NCBI GenBank assembly: GCA_028534125.1
Contig: CM052816.1
Coordinates: 78,308,001-78,372,000 of the forward strand
Direction of reading: 5' to 3'
DNA from: Lama glama
Lineage: Eukaryota
Length of the DNA stretch: 64,000 nucleotides
The position numbers were made by a program, and so were the translations under genes. This document shows, piece by piece, positions 24,900 through 38,154 of this stretch (its first letter is position 1; the number at the start of each line of letters is the position of its first letter). Below the pieces are notes generated by a model, which ran no database searches, was not told the DNA's origin, and saw only the letters and a program-made list of their open reading frames with translations.

Positions 24900-27800
24900 T
24901 ATGAAGTTTTTACGTTCCTTATTGAAAGAATGAAATTAGGGCAGTTATTTAAATAAATTTCTACTGTATCTGTAGTTGTTATTTGTATCTGCATTCTTAG
25001 TCTTGTCAGACATTTAATGCATTTTTGCAAAAAAGCAAGCTTTGGCTTGTTGATTCTCTATTGTTTCTTAATTTTCTTTTTCATAAATATCTACTTAGCT
25101 TTATTATTTTTTCTGCTTTTAGGGGCTGAACTTGTTGGGTTTTACCTAACTTCATTCTTTCTTTTTTCTCTAATAAGTGCAGTTGAGGCTGAACATGTTT
25201 CTGCAAGGACCCAGAAAAGAGTTGTGTGCCATCCTTTGGTAGTTTGCAGATCTAGTTTGCAGTTTGTATCAAGATTTCTCCTTCAACTCGTAAAAGGGTT
25301 TTTTAGCTTCCAAATATTATGGGATTTGGGCTATATTTTTGTAATTTTCATTTTAGTTGTATTGTGATTGGATGAGTGTACAGTAATACCATTCTTAGAT
25401 ATTTATTAGAATTTCCTTTGTAGCCCAGTATATATAGTCAGCTTTTGTAAATGGTCCATATTTTTTTGAAAAGAATAAGCATTTTCTATTAGTTTATGTC
25501 AAATTTCTAAGTTTTATTTTTCAGAAGGGTGCATTAAAAGTTATATCTACAGTGTTTGGAATTGTTTATTTCTCCTTGTAATTTTGTTAAATGTTGGTTT
25601 ATGTAGGTGAGGCTATGTTATAAAATGAATGTAGTTCATGATTATTATATTTTTTGTTGAATTTTATCCTTTTTAATGAGTTGTAATGATAAAAGTTAAG
25701 TAATGACTGTCTTTATCCCTAAAAATGCTTTTTAGACTCAAAGTCAATTTTGTCTAATATTAATATTTCCATTCCTGCTTTCTTTTATGTGGTGTATCTT
25801 TTTTGATACTTTATTTTTAAAAAATTTTAATGGACAGTTTCAAACCTATTTCACTAGAAGACAGAATAGTATAATTAACCTTCATGTACCCAGCCATCAA
25901 TTTTAACAGCCATCAACTCATGGCCAGTCCTGTTTAATGTGTCCCCAGCACTCTTACTTGCCTTTTCCTGAATTATTTTTAAGCAAATCCCAGACAGCAC
26001 ATTAGTTTATCCAAAAATATTTTATGTGTATGTCTAAAAGATAAGGTCTCTTTTAAAAATATAATAATATTTTCACTTCTTTTTTTTTAAAATCTTAATA
26101 TTGTCGTATATCTAATCAGTGTTCATGTTGCCAGTTGCCTCAAAAAATAAGTTTATTTGTTCTAGTTGGAGTCCAGATAGCTCTATACATGGCAATTGGT
26201 TGATGACTTAAAAGTTTTTAACTTCTGGGTTTCTCCTCCATCTCTTTTTCCCCTTGCAGTTTATCTCTTCAAGAAACGCGGATGTTTGTCCTGAAGTATT
26301 TTTTCAGACTCTAGATTTTGCTAATTAAGTTTTTGTGCTGTCATTTAACATGTTCCCCTGTTCCCTATATTTTTAGTACATTAGACATCCCTTTACTTTC
26401 AAGCTGAGTGATTATGTTGTGGTTGTATACATACAGTGTATAACTTGATTTCATTCTTTTAAATAATTTTTTTACTAGTTTTCTCTGTTTCATCTTTTTT
26501 CTAAATTGAAGTGTAGTCTGTTTACAATGTTGTGTCAATTTCTGGTATATGGCATAATGTTTCAGTCATACATACACATATATATATTCATTTCGTATTC
26601 TTTTCATTGTAGGTTACTATAAGATATTGAATAGTGTTCCCTGTGCTATACAGTAGAAACTTGTTTATCTAGATAATTTGTTATTCATCAGGTATAATGT
26701 TTCCATTTATTGTGGTTACTGATCAATTTGTGCTTATTTCTGTTCTCTTTTTTGTGTTTCTGATTTCTTCTATATTTTTTCTTTACTTTTCGTCCTTTCT
26801 TTCCTTCTGTTGGATTGAGTTTTCTGTATTTTTCTTATTCCTCCTCTATTGGTTCAGAAATTATGCATTCTATTTTTAATCTCTTAGTGCTTATTCTTGA
26901 ATTTTCAACATTCAGAGTTGAGTTAAAATGTGAGACAAATATATTTACCTCCCAAACTATGTAAGGACTTTAGGGCTTTTAACACTGATCTGCTCCTTCA
27001 CATTTTCTCTGATACTGTTTTCTAATATTTTAGTTCTACCTTATTTTTAACCCTCCCTTGTCTTTTATTTTTTAAGTCAATACTAATTTGCATTTGCCAG
27101 CATATTTGCCAGGTTCTTTGCCCTCGATTGCTTCTTTACTTAACAAAATATAATTACATAATGTAAATATGTAAACAGTAAATACATAAAACACCGGTTT
27201 CATCAGATAATACCCTTATTGCCTGAGATGCACTCTGGCATTTCCTATTCTCTGCTGTTGTTGCCCACAGTTATTTCCTGCATCCACTTCTTTGACGATT
27301 GTTTCCTTCTTCCTTCTTTTATCAGTTCTTTCAGCTGGAGTCTGTGACTAGCAAATTCTCCCAGACTTTGAACATAATTTTAATTATACTACAATTTGTG
27401 AGTGATGACTTATAGCTGAGTACAGAATTCTAGGTTGATGCTTATTTTCCCTCAGCATTTTAAAGATATTCCGTTTTATACTGACATCTCTAAGTGCTGA
27501 GTTTATACTACCTACGTCCTGCGTACTTGCTGTTCTTTTACCTCTGATTGCTTTTAAAGTTTTCGCTTTATTTTGCATTTGTGACACAGTGTGTCTAGGT
27601 GTGTATTTTTATTTATGCTATAATGGAGCAGGAATGAGTCTTTAATTTGCAGGTTTAACAACATTCGCTCTGTTTGGTTTTCTAAAACACCTGTTAGAGG
27701 TATGTTGGACCTTCTCACTTTTTGCCCTGTCTCTTAACCACTTAATTTCCACCTTTGTATCTTTCAGTGATGTGCTCAGGATGTTTCCTCAGATCTGTCT

Positions 27801-27950
27801 TTTAGCTTACTAATTCTCTCTTCTGCTATGTCTTCTTTGCTATAGGATTTTAATTTTGGTGACTGTATTCTTAATGTTGAGAAGTTTTACTTCTTTTTCA
27901 AATCCATCTGTTCTTTGGATGTACTGTCCTGTTCTTTTACTGTGGTTTCT
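24900..27950 (-). mobile_element. Old degraded L1 (L1M) fragments with a nested younger L1 3' end at ~26497-26670
   Basis: T-rich antisense L1-like sequence; ORF 27384..27587(-) shows L1 ORF1-like IFKMLRENKHQPRILY. Confidence 0.65.
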
Positions 27951-27988
27951 ATACCTTCTTTTATCTATTTAATAATTTTAGTAGTATT

Positions 27989-28120
27989 TTATGACCTTTT
28001 ATTTTTTATTTATTTATATATTTTGTTAATGGAGATACTGGGGATTGAACCCAGGACCTCATACATGCTAAGTACACATTCTTCCACTGAACTATACCCC
28101 CCACCCATTATGACCTTTTA
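27989..28120 (-). mobile_element. Camelid tRNA-derived SINE with 13-bp TSD
   Basis: TSD ttatgacctttta at 27989-28001 and 28108-28120. Confidence 0.9.
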
Positions 28121-29009
28121 GATTATTTTACTTCACGTGTGCATATTCTCAGTTATCAAATCTTTGTACTGACCCTTTCTCACAGTTGCTTGTTTCTTTG
28201 TGTGATTTGTAACGTTTTATCATGTGCTTATCTTTGTGGGGATTTTGCTAGTTTTTATTTAGAGTGGTTTTGTATTTGCTTCTTGCTGTTACTGAAGTAG
28301 AAAAAATATGAGGACAAGTTTTTATATACATTTCTTGGCTTGGAGTTGCTGTACTACATAGATGGCATAAATTCAGATCCCATAGCTGCTTGTGGCAAGA
28401 CAGACTCTGTTTCTCAGAGTTGACTTTTATTTTTCTCCCATCCATTATCCATGCAGATAGAAAACTTCTTTGTTGCTTCTCCAGGATAGTTTTTCTTATC
28501 CCCATTTTATGGACAGAGCTGTCCTTCAACGCTCTAGGCCATGTGAAGATAGCTCAGTTCTCCTCACTGAAGTCTTCAGAACCCATATCTCCTGTTCCTT
28601 GTGGACTGTGCCAACATCAGTACCCATTCATTGCCCAGCTTTGAGATCCTTTTCCTTTCCTAGTACCAGGAGATTTCTTTATTTACAGGTCTTGGTTGTG
28701 TATGAATCTATTTTTTTTTAATTTAGCATTTTTTCTGTGTTTTTATAATAGGGCATGGGCCCACCCACTGTAGCTCAATCTGCTGTTTTCTGAAGTTGAT
28801 AATAAATTTAATATTTCTTTAATATGGGAGAGTTTGAAATTTAAATATCAAATTGTTTAATTATACTGTAAATAGGAAGCTATCAGAATAATAGGTTGCA
28901 GACTTCTAATGTTTCTGATTCCGTGTGGAAATGTTAGCTAAGTGTTGTATCTTTTCCATGTGATTTTTTCTACTATTTTCTTTTAATTGTAATATATATT
29001 GTGAACTAG

Positions 29010-29156
29010 TGCATTTCCTGGCGCATACAAATAAAGATCAATGGGACAAAGAAGAGATTTCAGTAACGGAAACTCATTCTAGTCAGAAAACCTGTATGTT
29101 TCCTTCTGCTGATTCAGCCACCAGCCTTTCCAGTGACCAGAATGCGACTTCTCGTG
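29010..29156 (+). CDS. CPLANE1: CPLANE1 exon (HFLAHTNKD...DQNATSR)
   Basis: aactag| ... |gtattg, 147 nt, phase 1-1. Confidence 0.85.
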
Positions 29157-29848
29157 GTATTGTTCTTAACCTTTTTCATTTACTCTTATTTTCCAAATAT
29201 ACTGTCACTGCAGAGTACTTACTAGGACTATAGTTGTGAAGGATTTGTGAAGCCATTTTGCAACATTTATAACTTTCAGGGGAGGGGAAATTAAAAATTG
29301 TGCCCTTTACATGAACAACTTGTGTCACCTTGTCACCATGAGATACACTGCACACATGTATAATATCTCTTACTTGTTAATGTTAAATATATAGCAACTG
29401 GAATATTATACTATCATATTGGAATGTTATACTTTGATACTATATAATATTTGATTTTTACAAAAATAGGGAAATTCAATCTCTGCCAATTATGGGAGTT
29501 TTAATTTAAAAACAAAGTAATAGCTGTAATTTATTGAGCCTCTGCCCTGTGCCAGACCTTGCTGTCTTACGTGCATTGACTCTGGGGTTCGCCTGACCTG
29601 TGAGGTCAATACCATTATTATCCTCATTTACAGGTGAGGATACTGAGTCTTAGACGAGTGCAGTTCCACTGTTCATTCCATTTCGTTTGGAGCTGGCAAT
29701 TCAAAATGCTGTTCCTTAGTCCTAACAGATACATTGTGTCACATGAATAACAGGGCATAGTAAATGTAACAGTTGAACCACTGACAGTGACTTTGAAATT
29801 TTTTTTTTTTTTGCCCACAGATAATGATGGTCAATAATAATGATTTTA

Positions 29849-29985
29849 GCAGGGACGGTATAGCTCAGTGGTAGAGTATGTGCTTAGCATGCACGAGGTC
29901 CTGGGTTCAGTCCCCAGTACCTCTGTTAAATAAATAAATACATACATACATACATACATGCATAATTTCCCTCCCCCTCAAAAAA
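29849..29985 (+). mobile_element. Camelid tRNA-derived SINE
   Basis: A box tagctcagtgg, B box ggttcagtccc, (TAAA)/(TACA) tail. Confidence 0.9.
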
Positions 29986-31978
29986 TGGTTTTACTTAGTG
30001 TTTACAATATGTTTTATTACCATTATTAAAGGAAGACTAGGATGGAGGTCTAGATCAGTTCGTGAGCAGTTAAACTAATCTCTCCCATGCAGTGATGAGG
30101 ACCTGGACAGTGTTGTGGGAAAAGGGAAGAAAAAAAAGACATTCTGCATAGGCAGGTGATGGTACTCACCAACTAAGTGGATGGAAGGGGAGGAGGAGGA
30201 GAGAATGAATGACTGTTTACCTAATTGTATAGTCAAGACTTAGTGCATCTGTTTCCTGCGGGAAAGATGGAAAAAAGGGGAAATGCTGTGGACCAGGCTG
30301 TGAAATGTTACCCATCAGAGAGCGAGGGGAGCCTCCCCAGGGAGGGAAATGGGGGAGGGACTCTGGTGAAGAACAGTGTGTCTAGAAAGGTGAAGGGATT
30401 GTCAAGAAAAAGTGAGTGGCTAACAGTTTCACATGCCGCCAGAAAGTCAAGAATAAAGACAGTTTTTTTAAGGACTTTGAGAACTTTCAGTGTAATTTCA
30501 AGAGAAGAAGGCAGGCTGGGGACGAAGACAGGCTCAAGAAGCTGTAACTATAGACAACTTCAGAATGCCGACAGTAACAGGGAGTAGGAAAATGGGTAAA
30601 GGAAATGAAGTCAAAGATCATTTCAGGATGGGAATAAATACAAACTCTAGTGTTTAAAGACAGAAGAAAAAAAAGTAGCAGGAAAAGAAACTAAGGAAGG
30701 GATTCAGGATTGTAGTGGTCTCTTAAACTAGGGGGCAAGAGGGGAAAAAGGAGAAATGTCAGCAAGTGGCATAACACATATAAAGATGGATGAATAGAAA
30801 TGTTTTTCATGTTTAATTGTGAATTTAAAATTTCAGTGTTTAATTGTAACTTTAAAAAGAAACTAAATTAGTATTTTATAAAAAGTGCTGAATTTAGATG
30901 CCCTAATGGGTGTTCTCTTCTCCAAGACTGGTGTCTTGGAAAGATGTGTAGTCATTCTCTTACTTCTAGTGCTCACAAATAGCTTAGATCTCCTCTTTTG
31001 TAGTTCTTAATAGTGGCGAGTAATTTATTCACTGAGGATGAATTTAATTTTTAGTAATGGCCATATGTTATTCAGACATCTCTGATAAATGAAGTAGATT
31101 ATCAGGCTGAGTGTTACTGTTTGGAATTTTTTTAAAAAGGAGTTGTGCTTATCAAGGACTGAAACTATTGTGTTTAGTAAATTGTGAAGGCAGTCCCAAA
31201 GGAGGCATTCCAAAATTGATTTGAAGGTGAAGTAAGGATAGACTTTTCCTATGTAACTACATTTAAAGGTATTTACTTGAATAAAATACTTCTCTGCCTT
31301 TTGATAAAAGGAATCAGTTTCATTTCTTAGTAGTCACATCTTTTATAACTGATTAATCTATATTTACACTGTTATCAAAAAACTCACAAATGGCCGGACT
31401 CTGAGAACAAAGATAATGTAAAATTCTTCATTTGAGGATTAATAAACAAAACAATATGTGATTAAGAAAGCAAAATTATTTATTATTAAAAACATGTGGA
31501 TGTCTAAGTCTTAGGGGCAGGGTGGATTTATCTTGTTATAAGAAAGTCTTAACACGGAAATGTTTTTGAGAAGATATGCCAGAACATTTTTCCCTGTATT
31601 AACTTAATTGTCTTTGTTAAACATATGAAAATTGAATAGATTAAATTTGCTTTAAAGACATGTATTTTGCTTTAAAGACATGTACTTAATATTGGACAAG
31701 GTTTAAAAATTATTCTTTGGGTCATATTCTTCCAAGTAAAGGCTCTTGGATTTAAATTAAATATTCTCCCAAATGTATTACTTTTAGGTCGTTAGAAGTT
31801 TTTCTGTTTGCTTTTTGTTTAGTAAATTATACTCCAGTATGCTAAACTATGTCCAAAAGCAAAGAAAGATTGTACCTCCTATTAGAGTACTCTGAATAGA
31901 AAAGTTCAGGTTAATAATAAAGTAGAAAAAAATAACTGACCTGAAGTTTTTATTAATAGTAATGTTTCTTTTTTTAAG

Positions 31979-32009
31979 GTGTGAATAACAGTGATGAGTT
32001 ATTTGACAG
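31979..32009 (+). CDS. CPLANE1: CPLANE1 31-nt micro-exon (VNNSDELFD)
   Basis: tttaag| ... |gtaaat; needed to go from phase 1 to phase 2. Confidence 0.85.
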
Positions 32010-32536
32010 GTAAATATCTTAAGAATTAATTCACAATTTTACCTAAAGTTGGGTATAAATTAGGTGTTCTGGAAATTTTTTTCATATGTGTGTAAACTTC
32101 TACATTACATATTATTTTGTGGATTAAAGGAGTGTAATTAATTCCCATTGGGACTGGGGTATTTTAAGAAACAAGGATAATTACATTGTATCCCCTATTG
32201 TTTTAGCATAGGTAATTAGAATACGGTGGCCTACATTTGCTGTATTTTCTTTTATGAACTATGTATTAAATTTCAATAGGCAAGAGAGGTGGAAGTTGTC
32301 CAAGGCCTTATATTTGCTTTTCTAAGGGCACGTATGAAGTTATCAATTATTGATGATTAGTCTTTTCCACTGAGTATTATTGGAGTTAAAGCAATAGAAG
32401 GAAATTAGTCATATGTTTATAATGTTTACATTCATTTATGCTGTTGGAGGGTATAGTTTTACAAGTTCATTTTTGCTTCATGTAATTAAGTTGTAGATAC
32501 TGATTTGTATTTCTTAAATTGCATCTGCGAATGAAG

Positions 32537-32668
32537 TGTTGAAATAGATCCACTCCAGATGAGTGAATTGACTGACGTCGCAGACATCATCAACGACCTT
32601 ATAACAAGAGACAGAGTTTCCAGTGAAGAGCTCGGCTTAACGGAACAACAGGCTAGGAGGATCTCCAG
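32537..32668 (+). CDS. CPLANE1: CPLANE1 exon ([18 protein letters not shown]...RIS)
   Basis: atgaag| (weak acceptor) ... |gtaatc, 132 nt, phase 2-2. Confidence 0.85.
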
Positions 32669-33339
32669 GTAATCACTGAGTAATTCATTTTTAACCTATT
32701 TAAAATGTTTATGGTTCAAGAATATTCAAAATTGATCATGTTTTAATGTGATCTTTAGGACACAAATTCAAAGCTCAGAATGTTTTTTTCTTTGTAAATA
32801 TATTTTGCGTTGTCTGTGGGCCATTCCTCCCCCTACTAAGCAATAATAAATAGACTGGTTTATTTAACCAGTACCGCACATCTGTATCCTGTGAGCTTTC
32901 CCAAGATCTCGTCACTCTGAGTACAACATATTTTTAATCCTATTTCTTTTTAGAAGTAATTAATGATTTAGTTCATAGTACTTCACCCTAAATATGAGCC
33001 CCTAGAGTACATTTTAAATAGCTTTTCCTTGGAACATTAGGTTAAAGTGTTTTTCCTTGCAGCCTTTCCTGGGCCAGAAATGTAAAGGCTATCTCTTCTA
33101 CTGATGCTTCTTTGGAATACCTACACCTCTTGGTTTATTGATTTACTGGGGGCTGGTCAAGTAGGCACTTGGTATGTGCCTGGCACATACCAAGAGTCCA
33201 GACTTTCAGAAGGAAAGCAGGTTTTCCGTGTAGGTTACATCATCTGTGTCCATGACCCATCTTCTAGTTAGAATGTTGTCTTCTTCACACACTGCATGAT
33301 GAGCCTGCCCTAAATCCCCATCTTACACCGCCTGTGTTC

Positions 33340-33725
33340 TTGAATTGTTCTCAGTGGTCCTTGTGTAGAAGCCAAAATGGGATTAGAAGTACAAAAGATT
33401 TATTGGGAGACATGCCTGTGAGGGGGAAAAACAAGTAGGGAGAAGCATCAGACCACAGTGCAAGTCTGACCCCTCTCTGTGAAGGAGAGAGGGCTGAGTA
33501 TGTGATCTCAGGGTACAGTGTAGTTGAAGAAAGTTTCACCCGGGTCTGTGGTGAGACATCAAGCCAAAGTCACGTCGGAGGAGTCCTGTGTCCTGCAGGA
33601 CCGGGCAGCTGCAGCATCCTGCCCTGCTCGTTGTTTAGCTCGTGCCGGCCCCTGGGAAGCACAGCTCCAGCATGAACGTGAGGCCAGATCCAGAAGGGCA
33701 GCAGCTGAGAAGTTGTCACTGCATT
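33340..33725. mobile_element. ERVL-type LTR remnant (LTR16/LTR33-like)
   Basis: agatttattggga...cctgtga...aggagagagg motifs; family from memory. Confidence 0.5.
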
Positions 33726-34152
33726 GACGTTTTGGAGGTGATTGAGAGTCCAGAAATAGACTATAGGTGAAGAAATCCAAACCAGAACCTTTACAGACAT
33801 TAATATTGAAGTGATGAGTAGAAAAGAAAGGAGCCAGTGTAGGAGGCTGCATCGTGTTTGAGAGTTAGGGAAAGACCCAGGTAAGAGGGAGTCTAAAGCA
33901 GAAAGGAGAAGCCAGTGGTACCAAGTGTCATGGAGAAGTTCAGTAGGGCGAAGACCAAAGAGGCTGTTGGTGACCCGAGACGTTGTCAGTGGATTTCAGG
34001 GGACAGGTTGGAGCAAGCTGACTAGAGGTCATAAGTGTCTGACTTTTGGAGGTGGGGCAGACGCTTTCCAAATAAACAGTGTCTAGTTGTGATGCTTCTT
34101 ATCTCCATAATAAATTTAAAATCAGTGATGCCTTGCTTGTTAAATTTCTCAG

Positions 34153-34318
34153 GATTCAGCATTCCTGTGGCAGACGTCCACGGAGAACTGAGAAGGAGCG
34201 AAGGGAGATACAAATCTGGATGAAAAGAAAACGAAAAGAGAGAATGGCAGAGTACTTAACTCAGCTGGCAGAAAAGAGAGGCCAGGAACACGATCCTTTC
34301 TGCCCCAGGAGCCGTCCA
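34153..34318 (+). CDS. CPLANE1: CPLANE1 exon (IQHSCG...[10 protein letters not shown]...CPRSRP)
   Basis: tctcag| ... |gtaagt, 166 nt. Confidence 0.93.
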
Positions 34319-36137
34319 GTAAGTCTGCAGTGTCAAGGGTGATGGACTTCTCACAGAGTATGTGGCAAGTGTTCAAGAAAAGAATTAACATAATTTGGAT
34401 GCAATTTTTCGTTTGATAGAAAAGTCAGCATTTTTCTTAAGTCCGGAAGAGTTAAGAAATTACCTTAACAAAATATAGCAGGGAATTCTACAAACCATGT
34501 TCTGTTGAGCTATCTTAAATATTTTTTCTCTCCTGGGCTAATTATGGCTCTAGCATTTTAACCAAATGAAGAGGCTGCAGGTTGGGTGACGGATTGGAGT
34601 TGTTCCCTTAATTTTCAGTCAAAGTCAGTGGCAGTTGAACAGCTGACTGTGTGTGTAGTAAAGCCATTTAACAATCAGTTCTCTATCCAGAAGTCATCTC
34701 CGGAAAATCTTTTCAAGTATGATCCAGTCGTGGGACCAGAGAACATGATACTTGTGTGTGTGTGTGTTTCCACTGCCCTTTGAACTGTCAGCATTTATGT
34801 CCTGAGCCCTGGCTGTGGACAGCACCAGGGCTAAGTCAGAAGGGTTTTTCTTCAGAAGGTGAAACAAAGCAATGTTACTTTGATAATTCCATTACTATGA
34901 AAACCATGTTTAGATTACACTTTGATTACAGTTTATCTTTTACTTTGTAATCTGATGTAAAATATAGTAGTACTTCATTTTTTTCAGCATCATTAGGTGA
35001 TCACATTCTGTAAGTGAATTTTCCAGATAAGGCTGTCACATTTAAGCACCAAATGGTGCAAAAGTAGGTGAACTATTATTTACAGTATATAATTTACTTA
35101 CCGGTGTCTGGAAAGAGCACCCTGGTGTGATAATAACATTTTGTTGCCAGCCCTGGGGACATGGCATTGACCTTCAGGACTGCTTAAGACCAGCATCTTA
35201 CAGTGCATCTGTGTATGTGTGTGTTCTTCCACCCTCCATTGTCAGCCAGGCAGATGCCCCAGATGGTTAGAATTGTGTCCAAATTTAGAATAAATTAACT
35301 CAGAGGACGTTGGGATTGTTTTGTTGATAGACTTTGTGACTTTTCCTTCAATATCACAGATACTTGTTTCTTTATCTTTTAGCTTCTATTTAGGTAAAGG
35401 TTTGGAACCAGTGAGGAGTTAGTGTAATTAGAATTTTCACTTGCATTTCTGTCAGAAATCAAAAAGACCTTTAATTTATTATTGACTACTTCTCTATAGG
35501 ATCTTGAGAAAGTGAATCCACTTCTGTGTTTATGTTTTTATATACAGAATTGTGTGTGAAAGGACTTACCCTCATTAGTATTTTACTGGATAAGATGTGT
35601 ATAGCTGATATTGGCCAGTTGGCCTTAAGTTTTGAAGAGTTTGCAAGTCTCAGTGAACACAGTGTAGTAGGTTTCTGGTAAACATTTTAAAATATTAAAA
35701 TAATGGTTTTAAATGTGTGACTCATCTCTGCTTTGTCAGCCAAGCTCTTGGTGAGATTAATTACAAGACTGAGTACAAAGTATACGTGTCTCCATCCTAA
35801 AAATGTTCCCATTTTCCATTTTAAATGCAGCTTAATAAGGTTCTTTCCTTTTGATAAAATACATTAATTTAGCTGTTAAGATAGATTTTGCATCCCATTT
35901 TTTAAGCTGGATTTTCACTTTAATTACATGATGCTTTAGTTTAACACTTTCATGTTTTGTGCTGGGGTAGGAAGCTTCACACGTAAGACAGTGTTGTGTA
36001 CTGTTCCCTAAATAACAAAATTATGGTTTAACCTCCTGTTAAAATTGATCAGTAGAAGTTTCATGTTTCCCATGGATCATAATGGTTTAATTATTTGAAC
36101 TGAAGAGTAGTGAACTGACTGGTTATTTCTTGTGCAG

Positions 36138-36196
36138 TTTTACATGACTTCCAGGGAAATCAGGCTGAGACAAAAGATGAAGCATGAGAAAGACAA
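36138..36196 (+). CDS. CPLANE1: CPLANE1 exon (FYMTSREIRLRQKMKHEKD)
   Basis: gtgcag| ... |gtgagt, 59 nt. Confidence 0.92.
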
Positions 36197-36386
36197 GTGA
36201 GTTTGGGAGTTGCCCTGAGTGTTCCCTCTCGCTTGTTCACCTGAGGCCATAGATAATGCGTTAGGGATCCTCTTTTTCACACTAGTCCCTTTTTTGTTGA
36301 TAAACAGAAAATTATGGGAGAAGACTGAAAGGGAAATAACTAGACTCCACTGGCCTTTTTAGAAATTTGTTTTGAAATATTATTCC

Positions 36387-36536
36387 TTCAATTTTTTTTA
36401 GTTTTTTGGGGGGTGGGGGGTGGTAATTAAGTTTATTTATTTTTAGAGGAGGTGCTGGGGATTGAACCCAGGACCTCATGCATGCTAAGCACACGCTCTA
36501 CCACTTGAGCTATACTCTCCCCCTCTGCTCAATTTT
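36387..36536 (-). mobile_element. Camelid tRNA-derived SINE
   Basis: Reverse-complement SINE head at ~36445-36523; probable TSD tcaatttt. Confidence 0.88.
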
Positions 36537-36784
36537 AATAAGTTTTATTTCTGCTATTCCCCTCCTTCTCCCAGTCCACATTTGTATGTGCATTTTGAAA
36601 ATACCTCCAAGGCCATAGCCACAGCTGCCCTTACTAACACCTCCTAATGGTTTTCAGAGATCTGAAATTTGAATTTGCATTGAAGAAAATTAATGCTAGG
36701 TGGTCTTTGAACACTATGTTCCCTCTAGAAATATGAACTGAAAGTGATTCTTTTATTAAATGTTGTTTAATTCTTCCTCTAAAG

Positions 36785-36952
36785 ATTGCTACTCTCTGAC
36801 CACTATAGTCGTCGAATCTCACAAGCATACAGTCTGATGAATGAACTTTTATCTGAATCAGTACAACTTCCAGCAACTGCACAGAAACCATTGCCTAACA
36901 AACACAGAACTGCTCAGATTCCTGGAAGGCAGCGCTCCCCTTCTCCAGGAGG
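36785..36952 (+). CDS. CPLANE1: CPLANE1 exon ([22 protein letters not shown]...SPG)
   Basis: ctaaag| ... |gtaaga, 168 nt. Confidence 0.92.
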
Positions 36953-38026
36953 GTAAGACAGGTTTGGCATGTCATTTGGCAAGATAATGTCAAGCGTGAT
37001 TAGCTTGAAGTGCTTTTATGACCAAAGTCCAGTGTGTTTGCATCTACCCTGCTCTGAATTATGATCGTAAGGTGAATGAGAAAATGGCATCCTAATTATG
37101 AGATTTTTATTATTTTATAGAATCACCAAGGAGAAAGACAAAAATTGCATTAAATCTCTAATTACGATATAACAAAACACTTCGTATACCTAATACATTT
37201 CGATATCCGTTCAGTCTTATTTTCTACTTTTCTGCAGTTTTTGTTCATAATGCCTTCTGTAATCTGCCTCCTAACTGCTCTCCCTGTTTCTCCACTGGCT
37301 CCAATCTTGCAGAAGCCGACAGCCCCCACCAGCTCACCACTTCCTCCTCCGCTCTCTCTTCTGACCCTGACTTGCTGATTCGCTTGTAGATACTGTTACA
37401 TGTTTCTTCTTTGATGACCTGCAGTAGGTTTGGATATGAGTTCAGTAGGCAAGAATTAATTAGTCATAGAAGGCTAAAGAAGAGTACCCAGGCATAAAGT
37501 TTCTTATATATGTTAGACACACAAAATAGTATTTGTTGGTGATCCATAAAGTGGATATGAATTGGCAGTACATGTTGTTGAAAATTACCATCTTTGACAA
37601 AATAAATGATTAGGATTATAAACAAAATCATATAACTTAAGAGCCTAGAGGAAATGCTACCCAACACAAATGCAGCTGTAATCAGAGCACTTTGTGTGTG
37701 TGTGTGATTTGGGATGTCCTCAAAATAGCAGAGACTTCCCTTGAGTATTTTCTAGAATAATACAGGGTATTTAATATGTAAGTAACTGCCAAATGTATAG
37801 AGCATTTGAAATGGATAGAGAGATAAACACAACAATTTCTTTGGGGGAAACACGAGTGAAGTTTGAGTTTTGAGGAGAGTTACACACTAACCGCGCCACT
37901 GAGGAACAGAGTGAGCAGGATCAGGGAATGTATTCGTCTGAGCTGGAGTTCGGGCTTTTTGAAATACTGTAGTTTGTCTTTGATAGAGATTCTGGGAATA
38001 TAGTAATTATATAATTTCTACTTTAG

Positions 38027-38154
38027 AGAGAATCGACATGGGCACAATTTTCCAGTCCATCAACCTGGAAAAGTCAGATGTATATCCACCAGACCAAGTT
38101 ATACCCCAAAGGCAAGACCTTTCAGGCAGCCTCAAGGCTCACCCTGGCCACGTG
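38027..38154 (+). CDS. CPLANE1: CPLANE1 exon (ENRHGHNF...QGSPWPR), last visible exon
   Basis: ctttag| ... |gtaaga, 128 nt, ends in phase 1. Confidence 0.9.

Larger units (their letters stand above)
167..38154 (+). other. CPLANE1: CPLANE1 (C5orf42/JBTS17) partial gene span: 21 coding exons, 5' part outside window, terminal exons not seen
   Basis: Exons listed below join in phase with no stop (3496 nt). Peptides such as [42 protein letters not shown] and YMTSREIRLRQKMKHEKD match remembered CPLANE1. Convergent with NIPBL as in human 5p13. Confidence 0.95.

Noticed and set aside
29849..29925. tRNA-like sequence with A and B boxes
   Set aside because: SINE head with a simple-repeat tail and several diverged copies; not a tRNA gene
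31646..31684. 20-bp tandem duplication (and the 26-bp one at 685-739) as array-like repeats
   Set aside because: Only two adjacent copies with no spacers; ordinary slippage, not CRISPR-like
167..38154. CPLANE1 as a pseudogene
   Set aside because: All 21 visible exons are stop-free and phase-compatible; the missing end coincides with a gap
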